Below are positions 38,138-48,337 of a stretch of DNA of 64,000 nucleotides, one piece after another. Within the stretch, counting starts at the first letter, position 1, and the number at the start of each line of letters is the position of its first letter. This stretch comes from a virus. The position numbers were made by a program, and so were the translations under genes. Under the pieces are notes generated by a model, which was not told the DNA's origin, ran no database searches, and worked only from the letters and a program-made list of their open reading frames with translations. The stretch is taken from the IMG/VR virus record IMGVR_UViG_3300034019_000950, positions 15,356 to 79,355 of that record. One strand, 5' to 3'.

Positions 38138-40955
38138 CCTTGCCGCCCTCACCAACAGTATGCGGCGAGGTCAATGCCGCGTCCAGTGCATCCAGCAAGC
38201 TGTGCAGATCCACACCATCCGGCACCGCCGTCCGGCCCGCGCCCAACACGGGCTGGTCAGGCGCGTGCTCGCGCAGCCACCCGTGCATTGCTTCGACCTG
38301 CGGCATCAGTGTGTGTGCGGGCGCGAGCCTTCGCTGAGCCTCACCAACAAGCAGGCGAGCGGCCCGTAGATGGTAAAGCGCCGCCTCACGGAAAGGCAGG
38401 TAGCCGGTGCCCGCGCAGCGCATTGCGGCTTCGTAGCACTCCCACTGCTCGGCACGTCGCCCGTCGTTGCCGTATTGCAAGCCCAGGCTCACCCACGCGC
38501 CAGGGCTTGCCGGCTCGTCGGCAATCTGCTTGACCAACAGGCGCGTGTACCTTTCCAGCTTCCCCTGCATCGCATCGGGTCCGCCGGCCAGCCCACGGTG
38601 ATCAACCGTAAAGGGCGCATAGCGCACCTGCGGGTGGATGCCGCGCCGACCCAGCTCGGCCATGCCGCGCTCCAAAGTCTCATGGACGCGGAAGTTGAAG
38701 CGGAGGATGCCACCGGCAAGCCGGAACAGCCGAGTATTCTCAGACCAGTTCCACTGCCCGTCTGCTCGCCAGTTGCGGAAGCGGAACATCCACGCCCAGC
38801 TGTCCGTGACCTCAACCATGCGGCGCAGCGCCACCGTGGCCAGGAACGTGCTCTCGTATTGCTCGTCCGGGTCCATCACAAGGCACCACGCGCATCCGTG
38901 CGCGCGCAGCCGGTCCACGCCCGCGTTCCGCGCCGTGCCCAGGTCGTCGTTCAGCGGCTGGTACACCCATTCGGCGCCGTAGCGCGCTGCCACGTACTGC
39001 ACGTCGGCGCTGGGCGCGGTGCCCTCCGGGCCAGTCCACACCAGCACCACATGATCGGCAAGTGCGTAGACGCTGTCGAGGTGACGATGCAGGTCGAACA
39101 GCTGCTCGCCAGCGTGCCACAGCATCGTAAAGCCGATGCCGTTGTCGGGCTGCCACGGGGCCAGCTGCATCCCTTCCTCTCTCACGAGGTGGTCGTACCC
39201 GCCACCGCCACTGGTGCGGCCTTGCGTGAGCACACTGTCAGGCTGCGCGTCCTTCTCGCGGTAGAAACGGAACTTGCGCAGCCGGTCGGCGTGGCGCAGG
39301 TAGCCATAGTGACGGAACCGCAGCGCCGCCACGCGCTTGGCGTTCTCGCCCGCGTCGGGCACGTTGCCGCAGTGCAGGCCGATGGCGTTGCCCGCCTGCA
39401 CCTGCTGCACGCTCGGGTGCGTCACGCGCCACAGGCGGAACCCGCGCATCGAGCTGCGGTAGTCGGGGCCGCACCAGGGCACGTCCACGCGGCACAGGCG
39501 CGGGCTGTCCCAGTGGTTCGCCCAGCCCACGTCGTAGTGCGTGACCAGCGGGTCAGGGTGTCGCATCCACTTCTGCAAAAGCTCGCGGTCAACGCGTTCC
39601 TCCACCACCTCATCGTGGTCCACCGACATCATCCAGTCGGGGGCCAGCTGCAGGCCCAGGCGGATCGCCGCGTTGCGCTCGTCGCGCTCGTTCCACTCGC
39701 CAGCCCACCCGCGCACCAGCACGGGAACCTCGCGCCCTGCACTGGCTTGCGCGAGATCGAAGGCGTACCGCTGCAGCGCATCGGCCTGTGCGTCCAGCGT
39801 GGCGCCCTGGCACGCATCCAACAGCGCCTGCTCGGCGGGCGGCATCATGCCAGCCTGCCACTCCGGGCTGGCCAGCACGTCGGCGGGATTGCCGGTAAGC
39901 AGGATGGCCATGCCGTTCACCAGCTGCGCCGTGCGCCCCAAGCTCGCGCGCAGCATGGCAAGGTCGTTCGGCACGTGCAGCTTGACGCGCCACACCGCAA
40001 CCAGCCGCTGCTCTCGGCTGGTGTACGCTTCCCAGGTGCGCAGGTACGTCGGCAGGTTGGCCAGCCCGCGCTGCGCCTCGGGGAACACGCTGTCCAGCGT
40101 CTGGTGCCCCAGGTGGTGCACGTAGCAGTTCGTCGCGATGGCCATGCGCCAGCCCAGCAGCTGCGCGCGCGCCGCGATGTCGTTGTCGTCGTACCCGCCC
40201 ACGCCGTACTGCGGGCGCACAAGGCACACGCGACCCTCGTGCTGCTCCAGCAGCTGCAGCAGGCACTCGCGGTCATACAGCACGCACAGCCCGGACAGGA
40301 AGCTGGCCGCCATCGGGGTCCACCCGTTCTGCTCCGCGTAGCTGCCGGCGAACTGGTCCAGCATAGTGTCGGCGTCGGCGGTGAAGGCGCTGCCGGTGGG
40401 CAGCTTCACGTCGGGCGCGCGCACCTGCTGCATCCCCGCCACCACGTTGGACACGGGGCCGACCATGCCGATCCGACCGTACCCGGCGACCGGGTGCGCA
40501 GGCGCCTGTAGGCCGTAGCCGGCCACCTCGCCCTGCAGCTTGATGTCGGGGCTGGTGAGCGCGCCGTGCAGCCGGTGCAGCCAGCTCGGCGTCACGCGCA
40601 CGTCGTCGTTCATCACCACCACCGTAGGCGGAAGGCCACCGTGCTGCAGCGCGGCCTGGACGCCAGCGTTCACCGCGCCCGTCCAGCCGACAGGGCCGGG
40701 TAGCTGCACCCACTGCAGCTCCACCTGCTGCGGGCTGGTCGCGTTCGCCAGCTGCACCAGCGCCGACACCTGCTGGTGCAGCGCCTCGATGGTTCCGTCC
40801 TCCATCGCCTGCGGCAGCGGATTCACCACCAGCATCAGGCGCCAGCGATCAACCTGTGTGCAGCTGACCAGCCGCTGAACGCACGGCAGCACGAGGTCGG
40901 GGCGGCCCATCGTGGGCACGATGATGATGGCGTTGTTGGCGTCGTCGTGGTTCAT
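38127..40955 (-). CDS. Multidomain GT2/GT-A glycosyltransferase
   Basis: IIVPT...MNDD...GYDDND; second SVDHDE and third MDPDE DxD motifs; RVHE; helical TPR-like tail. Confidence 0.85.
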   Translation of the reverse strand: MNHDDANNAIIIVPTMGRPDLVLPCVQRLVSCTQVDRWRLMLVVNPLPQAMEDGTIEALHQQVSALVQLANATSPQQVELQWVQLPGPVGWTGAVNAGVQAALQHGGLPPTVVVMNDDVRVTPSWLHRLHGALTSPDIKLQGEVAGYGLQAPAHPVAGYGRIGMVGPVSNVVAGMQQVRAPDVKLPTGSAFTADADTMLDQFAGSYAEQNGWTPMAASFLSGLCVLYDRECLLQLLEQHEGRVCLVRPQYGVGGYDDNDIAARAQLLGWRMAIATNCYVHHLGHQTLDSVFPEAQRGLANLPTYLRTWEAYTSREQRLVAVWRVKLHVPNDLAMLRASLGRTAQLVNGMAILLTGNPADVLASPEWQAGMMPPAEQALLDACQGATLDAQADALQRYAFDLAQASAGREVPVLVRGWAGEWNERDERNAAIRLGLQLAPDWMMSVDHDEVVEERVDRELLQKWMRHPDPLVTHYDVGWANHWDSPRLCRVDVPWCGPDYRSSMRGFRLWRVTHPSVQQVQAGNAIGLHCGNVPDAGENAKRVAALRFRHYGYLRHADRLRKFRFYREKDAQPDSVLTQGRTSGGGGYDHLVREEGMQLAPWQPDNGIGFTMLWHAGEQLFDLHRHLDSVYALADHVVLVWTGPEGTAPSADVQYVAARYGAEWVYQPLNDDLGTARNAGVDRLRAHGCAWCLVMDPDEQYESTFLATVALRRMVEVTDSWAWMFRFRNWRADGQWNWSENTRLFRLAGGILRFNFRVHETLERGMAELGRRGIHPQVRYAPFTVDHRGLAGGPDAMQGKLERYTRLLVKQIADEPASPGAWVSLGLQYGNDGRRAEQWECYEAAMRCAGTGYLPFREAALYHLRAARLLVGEAQRRLAPAHTLMPQVEAMHGWLREHAPDQPVLGAGRTAVPDGVDLHSLLDALDAALTSPHTVGEGGKDAT

Positions 40956-41027
40956 GCTGGCTCCCCGCCTCCTGGGCGTGTGTGGGTGCACAGCGTATCT
41001 CACATCAGCCGGATTGTGAACGGCTGA

Positions 41028-41660
41028 TCACTTAGGACCGTAACGGTCTGCCCGGCAGTGCCAGTGATGCGGCCGGAAACCGAAGCCAACGCGGATCTCT
41101 CGCACACCACCTACAAGCCACTGGTCGCCAGTGTCATCTTCGATGAAGAAGTCCTGCGCGCTCGGTGCCCAAGTTTCCTCATAGTCAATAAGGAAGATTG
41201 CCGCATCTTCCTCCTTTGTGCCCTGATTGTAGACGGGCACCTTGATCCAGCCTGACCATCCAAGCACTGCGGGCTTGCTTTCCGCCACGGTCACGAGCAT
41301 GAACTGTGGCGTACCGTCCGCGCTCACTGCCTGCACGGAAACCGTTGGAATAACTGCTTCATTCGCAAGCCCTGTGGTCACCACACTTGTCAACGTCGCA
41401 AAACGCTTGGTAGAAACCTGAGTTCCGTTTGCTGCAAACGTCAGCGTTTCTGACTGTGAAGCACCACCCGGCGCTGTACCGACCAGCTGCACGGTTCCAC
41501 TTCCAGTCGTTCCGTTTGCTACCGTGACCTGTAAGAACGCCTGACCGAGCAAAGCGCGTGTCGGGGTCATGTTGGCCGCAGCTGGCGAAGCAACGAGAGC
41601 GAAAGCAGTCTTTCGCTGTACGGTGATGTAACGATTGGCACTGCTGCTAACCGTGCTCAC
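41028..41660 (-). CDS. Virion protein, probable head-closure type
   Basis: Thr-rich N-terminus; C-terminal D...W.V..V...HHW pattern; position in neck region. Confidence 0.45.
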   Translation of the reverse strand: MSTVSSSANRYITVQRKTAFALVASPAAANMTPTRALLGQAFLQVTVANGTTGSGTVQLVGTAPGGASQSETLTFAANGTQVSTKRFATLTSVVTTGLANEAVIPTVSVQAVSADGTPQFMLVTVAESKPAVLGWSGWIKVPVYNQGTKEEDAAIFLIDYEETWAPSAQDFFIEDDTGDQWLVGGVREIRVGFGFRPHHWHCRADRYGPK

Positions 41661-42166
41661 GCCCGCACACCCCAAACGAAAGTGTCCAACCCGTTGCGCT
41701 CCAGTCGGCCATGCAGGCTCGACCACTCGCACTCTTTCCGCAAGACTTCCAGCATCTCGTCAGGATCACGCCCACCGTAGTATCCCGGCGTTGGACTATC
41801 CTCCAGATGATGCTCGGGGCGCGCCCGGCTCGCGCAGCTGAACGCCAGCAGGCCGCCCGGCCGCAGGTGCGCCGCCGCCGCCTGCAGGGTCTGCTGCCAG
41901 AACGGGTCGTGCTCCAGCATCTCCGTGGATACCACCACGTCCACGGGGCCGCCCTCGGGCGGGTGCTCGTGGGCGATGCCCACCACGTCCACGCCAGCGC
42001 CCGCATAAGCGTCGATGCCCAGGTAGTACGACGGGGCCGGGAACAGCCGGCGCGGGCTGCCGTTGATGTCGCGGCTGCCGTATTCCAGCACCCGCGCGCC
42101 CGGCGCGAACAGTGCGGGATGCGCAAGGCGCAGCCCCTGCAGCCAATCCATCACGGTGCTGTGCAT
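41657..42166 (-). CDS. Class I SAM-dependent methyltransferase
   Basis: VLEYGSRDING, GIDAYAGAGVD, STEMLEHDP, LRPGGLL. Confidence 0.85.
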   Translation of the reverse strand: MHSTVMDWLQGLRLAHPALFAPGARVLEYGSRDINGSPRRLFPAPSYYLGIDAYAGAGVDVVGIAHEHPPEGGPVDVVVSTEMLEHDPFWQQTLQAAAAHLRPGGLLAFSCASRARPEHHLEDSPTPGYYGGRDPDEMLEVLRKECEWSSLHGRLERNGLDTFVWGVRA

Positions 42167-42168
42167 AA

Positions 42169-42834
42169 TCAATCCTCGTCCTGCTCGGCCTGTTCTTCAC
42201 TGGTGTCGCTGTCGCTGGCCAAGTTGTCAGCCATCAACTCAGGCGGCACCAGTATCTCGTCAGGTGGTGCCGGCAGCTGGGCGGACACGTCGGGCGCTAC
42301 AGGCGCCAAAGGCGCGCCGGGGTGCGCCGCAGCCTCCGGGGCAGCCGCCCCTACCCCCGGCACCGCCGCAGCGCCCTGGTGGGCGCTTACGGGCCGCATC
42401 AGGGTGGGTACTGGTTGCCAACCGCCCGGCCCATAAGCCTGCACCGCAACCTGGGCAGCATCCGACACCACCACTCTCAAGGCTGCGCTACCCACATCAA
42501 CCACATGCACTTCGTGGTGCGAAGTAAGCGACTGAGCGGCATCCCGTACCGCCGGGGCATCGCCATACACCAACAACACCACCGCCGCACGCAGGTCGCC
42601 CACCGCCAGCGCGCGCAAAAGGTAGGGTTGTGCGCCTGCTAACAGGCTGGCGCGCCCCACCTGCGCCCGGTAGCCGTGCCGGGCTGCAACCGCCCTACCG
42701 CGCCCCACGGCCGGTAACGGGGCACCGCCGGGCTGGTCGGTAAACAACACGTGCCGCGCATAGTGCAGGCCCGGCTGAGCAAGTGGAAGCAGGTCCAGGG
42801 AAGGCACAATGCCCACCACATCAGTTTGGCTCAC
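42169..42834 (-). CDS. Hypothetical protein in the glycosylation cassette
   Basis: Coupled to both neighbours; acidic C-terminus. Confidence 0.5.
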   Translation of the reverse strand: MSQTDVVGIVPSLDLLPLAQPGLHYARHVLFTDQPGGAPLPAVGRGRAVAARHGYRAQVGRASLLAGAQPYLLRALAVGDLRAAVVLLVYGDAPAVRDAAQSLTSHHEVHVVDVGSAALRVVVSDAAQVAVQAYGPGGWQPVPTLMRPVSAHQGAAAVPGVGAAAPEAAAHPGAPLAPVAPDVSAQLPAPPDEILVPPELMADNLASDSDTSEEQAEQDED

Positions 42835-43829
42835 GTTGCCTCCACATAAGATGCAAGCTGAACATCACTGCCACGGTACGCGGCAAGCAGCCTGTCAAGA
42901 TGCTGCGGATCCAACAGGCGCTGCCGTGCCTCCCATCCCAGCCGGCGCAGATAGTCACCTGTCACGCAGTAAGCCCGGTCTTGACCGGGCCGGTCGCGGC
43001 TGTCCACCACCGCAGCGTGCGCTGGTACACCCGCCCGCTCAGCCAGCGCGAGCACCACCTGTCGCACACTGGCCACGCACGGGCCTGCGATGTTGACGGT
43101 CGTGCCCGCTTGCAACCTTCCGGCTGCAAGCCACGTGGAAACGGTGCACAAGGCGTCAGCAAACTCGCCAACCGCGATCCACTGGCGAAGCTGGTGCCCG
43201 CCACCGTGCAGCGGCACGGGGCGCCCAGCCTGGAGTAGCGCGCAGGCGATAGGCACCAGCTTCTCGCCCAGCTGGCCCTCGCCCCATGCGTTGCACCCGC
43301 GCGTGATTGCGTAGCGCAGGCCCGCGCTCGTGCCCATCGCCCGCACTGCAAGCTCCCCGGCGGCCTTCCCGGCGCTGTATGGGCTGCTTGGGTTTAGTGC
43401 AGATCCCTCGCTAAATCCTTCGAACGACGGTTGCCCCTCAACCACGGGTCCATACACCTCGTCGGTGGAGCAGTAGACCAGCGGCACGCCAGCGGTCGCG
43501 CAAGCGGAAGCAACAACCTGTGTGCCGTAGCCGTTGACGATCATGGCTTCGTTTGGTTGTTGTAAGCTACGATCTACATGACTTTGTGCAGCCAGATGCA
43601 GCACTACATCAGGCTGCGCGTCCAACATCGACACACGCACTTCATGCGGATCGCACACGTCACCGCGCCACAGCTGGTCGTCAATCATACCTTGCACGGC
43701 ATCCCATCCGGTCGCCGCGCGCGTGCGCGCGTCCAGCACGGTCACGCTGCGCGCGCCGTGCCTTTGCACAAGCTGTCGAACCACGTGCTGACCGATGAAG
43801 CCAGCTCCACCTGTGACAAGGAAGCGCAT
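42831..43829 (-). CDS. rfbB: dTDP-glucose 4,6-dehydratase-like NAD-dependent epimerase/dehydratase
   Basis: TGGAGFIG, HLAAQSHVDRS, STDEVYG, SPYSAGK, DRPGQD. Confidence 0.88.
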   Translation of the reverse strand: MRFLVTGGAGFIGQHVVRQLVQRHGARSVTVLDARTRAATGWDAVQGMIDDQLWRGDVCDPHEVRVSMLDAQPDVVLHLAAQSHVDRSLQQPNEAMIVNGYGTQVVASACATAGVPLVYCSTDEVYGPVVEGQPSFEGFSEGSALNPSSPYSAGKAAGELAVRAMGTSAGLRYAITRGCNAWGEGQLGEKLVPIACALLQAGRPVPLHGGGHQLRQWIAVGEFADALCTVSTWLAAGRLQAGTTVNIAGPCVASVRQVVLALAERAGVPAHAAVVDSRDRPGQDRAYCVTGDYLRRLGWEARQRLLDPQHLDRLLAAYRGSDVQLASYVEAT

Positions 43830-44062
43830 CAGCCACCACTCTTGCGGCGTCGGGTCTTTGCTTCTGTCACTGGCTGCACAGGGGGCTGAACGGCCTGCCA
43901 TCGCTTCCGCAGCAATACTGCCTCAGCCGTGGTTGTGTGCGCTTCCGCGATCCAGCTTCCGTCCGCATTACGTGTGGCGACGACGGCTTCCTCTGGCGTA
44001 TACACCACCATTCCATCATCAGGATCGCCATAGACGTGCGGGCGTGTCCAAAAGGTGCTCAT
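43829..44062 (-). CDS. Hypothetical small protein
   Basis: Overlaps both neighbours (ATGA and TGATG). Confidence 0.5.
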   Translation of the reverse strand: MSTFWTRPHVYGDPDDGMVVYTPEEAVVATRNADGSWIAEAHTTTAEAVLLRKRWQAVQPPVQPVTEAKTRRRKSGG

Positions 44063-44628
44063 GCTGTTGCGTCCGTCGGCATGACCCGAATGTAACGGGC
44101 AAGTATGGTAAGGGCTGCAGCAGGAAGGCCGCTGGTATCAACGCTGTAGCGGTATCCGGTTGCGCCTTCATTCCGCAGGCCCGCGTGGCGTGCGCGGTTG
44201 AACTCGGCCACAGCGATAAGGGTGGCTGCGTGTTGCAGATCAGCAGGCGGCGTAGCGTAGCCGAACGTGTAGGTCACACTCACACGTTGCCGCCCCTCAG
44301 GGAAGTAGTAGCCACTTGGAGCAAGCCGCACGATGCCGGGCCGCTTGTCCACGTACCACTGGTCAACCCCAAGTGTTGATCCAGCTGCTACCACTGCAGC
44401 AACACTGATCACCGGGAACGCGCGCAGCCGTAGCTCGCTGGTTCCAGCCGCCTCAATGTCGTAGATCTCGGTGACCGTGGTGGACGTAAGGGCAGCCATC
44501 CCGCAGTAGTTGATGACTGCTTCCTCCCCCACATCTATAAGGTCGTCCAGCAGCGCATCGTGCATGGTGACACCCGCAGGGATGCCAAGAACTCGCTTGC
44601 AGCGTGCAGTGCTGGTCAGGGTCGCCAC
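44059..44628 (-). CDS. Head-tail adaptor (gp6/gp15-like)
   Basis: DALLDDLI...VINYCG...VTYTFGYATPPADLQHA...ILARY. Confidence 0.8.
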   Translation of the reverse strand: MATLTSTARCKRVLGIPAGVTMHDALLDDLIDVGEEAVINYCGMAALTSTTVTEIYDIEAAGTSELRLRAFPVISVAAVVAAGSTLGVDQWYVDKRPGIVRLAPSGYYFPEGRQRVSVTYTFGYATPPADLQHAATLIAVAEFNRARHAGLRNEGATGYRYSVDTSGLPAAALTILARYIRVMPTDATA

Positions 44629-44629
44629 T

Positions 44630-45136
44630 TCACACCTCGTCTGCGCGCGGGCCGCGCCGGTAGCGATATCCCACGTTGCCATGCTGGGCTGCATGCCGAC
44701 GCTGGCGAGCCGTCAGGTTGCATTCAGCCAGCCCACGTTCCTCCAGCAGCCGGATCGTCGTGCGCCATTCACCATCACTGATGCCGCTGGCCTGCATCAG
44801 TTGCTGCTTGCTTTGCCACTGATCACTAAGCGCAGCGAAGATTGCTCGCTGAGCAGGCGTGCTGATGCGCGGTTTTGCATCCTCCAACGCTTGCAGCCAC
44901 TCGTCAGTCGCGTCCTGCCAGCCCTGGCACAGTGCGCGATGCCGAGCCGTTTCGCCTTGCAAGAACAGCGTGTGAGCTATCGTACCGTTCAGCTCAATCG
45001 CGCGGCTGTCGGTCGCCTCGTCGTAGCTCGCAAAGGCGATCGGCTGTGCATCGCTATTGGATGCGTCCCTATCGTAACGCCGTAGAACGAAACGATAGGC
45101 GTCCGCTGCAGGCGGCGTGTCACTGATTGCGCTCAT
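44630..45136 (-). CDS. Winged-HTH-containing protein
   Basis: AIFAALSDQWQSKQQLMQASGISDGEWRTTIRLLEERGL. Confidence 0.55.
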   Translation of the reverse strand: MSAISDTPPAADAYRFVLRRYDRDASNSDAQPIAFASYDEATDSRAIELNGTIAHTLFLQGETARHRALCQGWQDATDEWLQALEDAKPRISTPAQRAIFAALSDQWQSKQQLMQASGISDGEWRTTIRLLEERGLAECNLTARQRRHAAQHGNVGYRYRRGPRADEV

Positions 45137-45241
45137 GCTGTGCGCCCTCCTGGCCGGACTGTATCACACGCTTCGCCCTGGTGCGCAGCGCAATGACACT
45201 TACTGCGCAGCTGCGCCACGTTTAGTGAACGCCCGCGCAGC

Positions 45242-45275
45242 AAAACGCCCGCCCCAGCGGGTGCTGGAGCGGGCG
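45242..45275 (-). terminator. Rho-independent terminator after major capsid gene
   Basis: Minus strand CGCCCGCTCCAGC-ACCC-GCTGGGGCGGGCG followed by TTTT. Confidence 0.8.
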
Positions 45276-45291
45276 CCTATGGCCACAGCCG

Positions 45292-46299
45292 TCAGTTGGC
45301 AGCGATGCCGGCCAGGATCGACGCGCCCTTCGTGTTGGCGAGGACAACCGCGCCGTCCCAGTAGATGTCGAACTGGTCGAACTGGCTGTCGGTGGTCGCC
45401 AGCGGCATCATGGTCATCGGGGTCAGCTCTTCGAGGTACGCGAACCGCTTGTTGACCACGACCAGCGCGGTGGTGGGGTTCGTGACTTCGCCGCCGAACG
45501 CGGTGATGCTGGTGCCGGACCACGACATCGCATCGGACATGCCGGTGGACACGACGAGCGGAACGCCATCGTAGGTGCGGACGCGGAAGCCGGCCGCAAT
45601 CTCCACCTCGTTGATGAACTGCTGCTGGGCCTGCAGGGCAGCGTTGAGCTTGCGGATGCCCTTGAAGGAACCGTAGATCACCAGATCGGAGCGGTTGCCC
45701 GCGCCGCGCACGGCGTCGATGGTTTCGTCAAGCTTGGCGAGCGTGAGCGCCGACCCGGAGGTGGCGGACGTCTGCGCGACAACCTGACCGCTCACAGCGT
45801 TGATGAGCGTCAGCAAGCCGTTCATCATGTTGGCGTCGCCGCCCGAGCCGCTGTTCCCCACAAAGATGCAGAGTTCCAACGCCTCGTTGAAGTCGTCAGC
45901 CTTCTGCATCATTTCTTCGGCGAGGATGTCGATGTAGGACCGACCACGAGCGCGCATCTTGCGGGTCACCTTGCCGCGCGTGGCGAGCGTGGCGTAGGTG
46001 AAGGTCGCCTGAGCGTAGCTGCCCGTGCTCTCAACAACGCTGTCGGTGTCCGACACCCACACGTCGCCCACGGTCATGCTGGACGCGGTGCGGCGGTTGA
46101 TGATGGCCGCCGACCCGGAACCCGGCTTGCGGTCCATCGTGCCCAGCGCGCCGAACTCGCGGATCGACAGCTGCTGGATGATGCGGTTGGTGAAGTTTTG
46201 CACCAGCACGGAGCCGGCACCGGAGACGTTGATGGCGCGGGCGAAAGCCTCGCGCTTGGACGGGTCAAGGCCCGCCCACACAGTCGGGGTGGTGGTCAT
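45292..46299 (-). CDS. Major capsid protein (HK97 fold)
   Basis: 335 aa, follows protease/scaffold gene, strongly biased codons, terminator downstream. Confidence 0.85.
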   Translation of the reverse strand: MTTTPTVWAGLDPSKREAFARAINVSGAGSVLVQNFTNRIIQQLSIREFGALGTMDRKPGSGSAAIINRRTASSMTVGDVWVSDTDSVVESTGSYAQATFTYATLATRGKVTRKMRARGRSYIDILAEEMMQKADDFNEALELCIFVGNSGSGGDANMMNGLLTLINAVSGQVVAQTSATSGSALTLAKLDETIDAVRGAGNRSDLVIYGSFKGIRKLNAALQAQQQFINEVEIAAGFRVRTYDGVPLVVSTGMSDAMSWSGTSITAFGGEVTNPTTALVVVNKRFAYLEELTPMTMMPLATTDSQFDQFDIYWDGAVVLANTKGASILAGIAAN

Positions 46300-46303
46300 T
46301 GGC

Positions 46304-48337
46304 TCACGCCTCCATCGAGTCGGTGATCACGCCGTCCGCGAACGCGGCGGCGAGCAGGCTGCGCAGGTCGGCCTCCAGCTGGGCGCGCGTCTGCAGCACG
46401 GTGCTGTCGCGGCGCTCGGCCTGGGCGCGAGCCACCTGCACCAGCGCGGACTGGCTGCCCATCGTGCGCTCTACGGTGCGGATCAGCCCACCGTGACCGC
46501 CGACGTCGGTGTGACGGCTGGCGTGAGGGCTGTGCGCCACACCCTGACGGCTGGCAGCGGCAAGGGCGCGGCTCAGCTGCGCCTCCTTGGCTTCCAGCTG
46601 TGCGCGGAGCTGTGCCGCTTCATCGGCAACGCTGCCGGAAGCGGTGGGGGTGGTGGAAGGAGCGACGCGCTCGACCAGCTTGGACAGAACACCATTGAGC
46701 TCGCCGATGGCGCGCTCGATGTTGTCCATGCGCTGGGTGTCGGTCGCCGTGCGGTTATCGGGCATGGCGTTGTCCTCGCTGGGGGTGAGTTGCTGCAGTG
46801 CTGCGCTTTGCACGGCGTCCGACTGGCTGATGGCAGTAGAACCCTGCACATCCTCATTGTCAAGAGCCGTATCACCCGCGCGCAGTTCGGGCGGTTCTTT
46901 GTCGAAGCGTTGATAGAGTTTGGTGATGCGGTCGTACACCTTGGAACGGTCGGCATCGGGAATGTCCACGCCACCGCGCGCACCGTTGAGCGCACCCATC
47001 GCCGCCGCCACACCACGAAACACGATGTGCAGCTCCCCATTCACCATCTTGGCAAACGGCAGCTTGTAGCTGGCGCGTCGCTCAGGGTTCGCGGTGTCCA
47101 CCCACAGGTGCGCCATCGCGTACCGCTCCCAGTCCGGCGGGTCGCCCAGCACCTCGTTCGCGGTGTCGGTGTCCCAGCCCCAAGCGGTGTCCTCGGGCGC
47201 AAGCGGGAGGTCGGTGTTGCCGCTCACCGCGCGCTGTTCGTCGGGCTGCGTTGGCGCGTTGCCATCGCTGCCCCCGTTGACCAGCTCGTCCGCGCTGGCG
47301 CGCTCCCATCCGTCGCACACCCACTCCGCACTGCAGGCAAAGTTGAACGCCTTGCACCAGCCGTCGCGGGTGCGGTGCGTGCACGTGCCGCACTGCTGCG
47401 TCGTGCTGTCAGACAGGTGGTAGTTAGGAGCATCACCCACAGCGCGCTCACTGCCCATCGCATCGCTGTACGGCATGGCCTCGCCCCCCTCGGTGCCCTC
47501 GGCCTCGGCCTCCTCGGCCTCCACCTCGGTTTCGTTCTTGTGCTGGCAGACGCTGATGTTGACGTTGACGTTCATGCCACGGTTGTCCATCGCCTGACCC
47601 GCACCGCCCAGGTAGCCGGTATCACCAGCAGCACGCGCAGCTGCCATTGCGGTGCCCGTGGAACGGGCAAGGCCAGAGATCCAGCTGTCCGGGTTGCTGG
47701 GCCGGCGGGTGACGGCAAGGTGGTCCAGCTCTACTTCCTTGATGTAGATCCGCTCCACCTCGTCATTCTCGTTGGTCACAACCTCCGCGTCGGTAAACCA
47801 CCCACCGATGCTCATACCAACGACCTGACCGCGTTTCATGGCTTTCATCAACAGCTGCGCGCGCGGGTGCTCTGGATACACCTCTACCCGCACGGCCAGC
47901 CGATAGCCCTCGGCCTGACGCCCAGTGGCGCCATCGCGCAGCACGGTGCCTTGTTCCACACGGGCCTCCACCGTGCGGCCCATCACCTGCTCCCACTCGT
48001 CCTCATAGTGCCCCGGCACGTAGGGAACACCAGCCGCCATCTGGCGCGCCATGCTGTCCAGCGCCTCGCGGGTCATCTCGGTTCCGTGCCAGTCCATGCT
48101 GGTGCTGCTGGCGTAGCCCTCCAACAACACGGGGCCATCACCATCTGCGCCGCTGGACACCGGGACCGTTGCACCTTCCTGCCTTACAGCAGCATCCCGC
48201 TGTGCAAGCGTACCCGCCAGCAGGCCAGCCATCGGTAGACGGCACCGAGCCGTCCAGACGCGCTTGCCATCACGAACACCTGCAGGCTGCAGGTCGAGCT
48301 GATGCTGTTCATTGCCAACGGGCACGGTCACGCGCAT
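46304..48337 (-). CDS. Prohead protease-scaffold fusion with inserted domains
   Basis: LEGYASSTSMD, GHYE, GMSIGG, LDHLAVTRRPSNP; C-terminal coiled coil. Confidence 0.85.
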   Translation of the reverse strand: MRVTVPVGNEQHQLDLQPAGVRDGKRVWTARCRLPMAGLLAGTLAQRDAAVRQEGATVPVSSGADGDGPVLLEGYASSTSMDWHGTEMTREALDSMARQMAAGVPYVPGHYEDEWEQVMGRTVEARVEQGTVLRDGATGRQAEGYRLAVRVEVYPEHPRAQLLMKAMKRGQVVGMSIGGWFTDAEVVTNENDEVERIYIKEVELDHLAVTRRPSNPDSWISGLARSTGTAMAAARAAGDTGYLGGAGQAMDNRGMNVNVNISVCQHKNETEVEAEEAEAEGTEGGEAMPYSDAMGSERAVGDAPNYHLSDSTTQQCGTCTHRTRDGWCKAFNFACSAEWVCDGWERASADELVNGGSDGNAPTQPDEQRAVSGNTDLPLAPEDTAWGWDTDTANEVLGDPPDWERYAMAHLWVDTANPERRASYKLPFAKMVNGELHIVFRGVAAAMGALNGARGGVDIPDADRSKVYDRITKLYQRFDKEPPELRAGDTALDNEDVQGSTAISQSDAVQSAALQQLTPSEDNAMPDNRTATDTQRMDNIERAIGELNGVLSKLVERVAPSTTPTASGSVADEAAQLRAQLEAKEAQLSRALAAASRQGVAHSPHASRHTDVGGHGGLIRTVERTMGSQSALVQVARAQAERRDSTVLQTRAQLEADLRSLLAAAFADGVITDSMEA

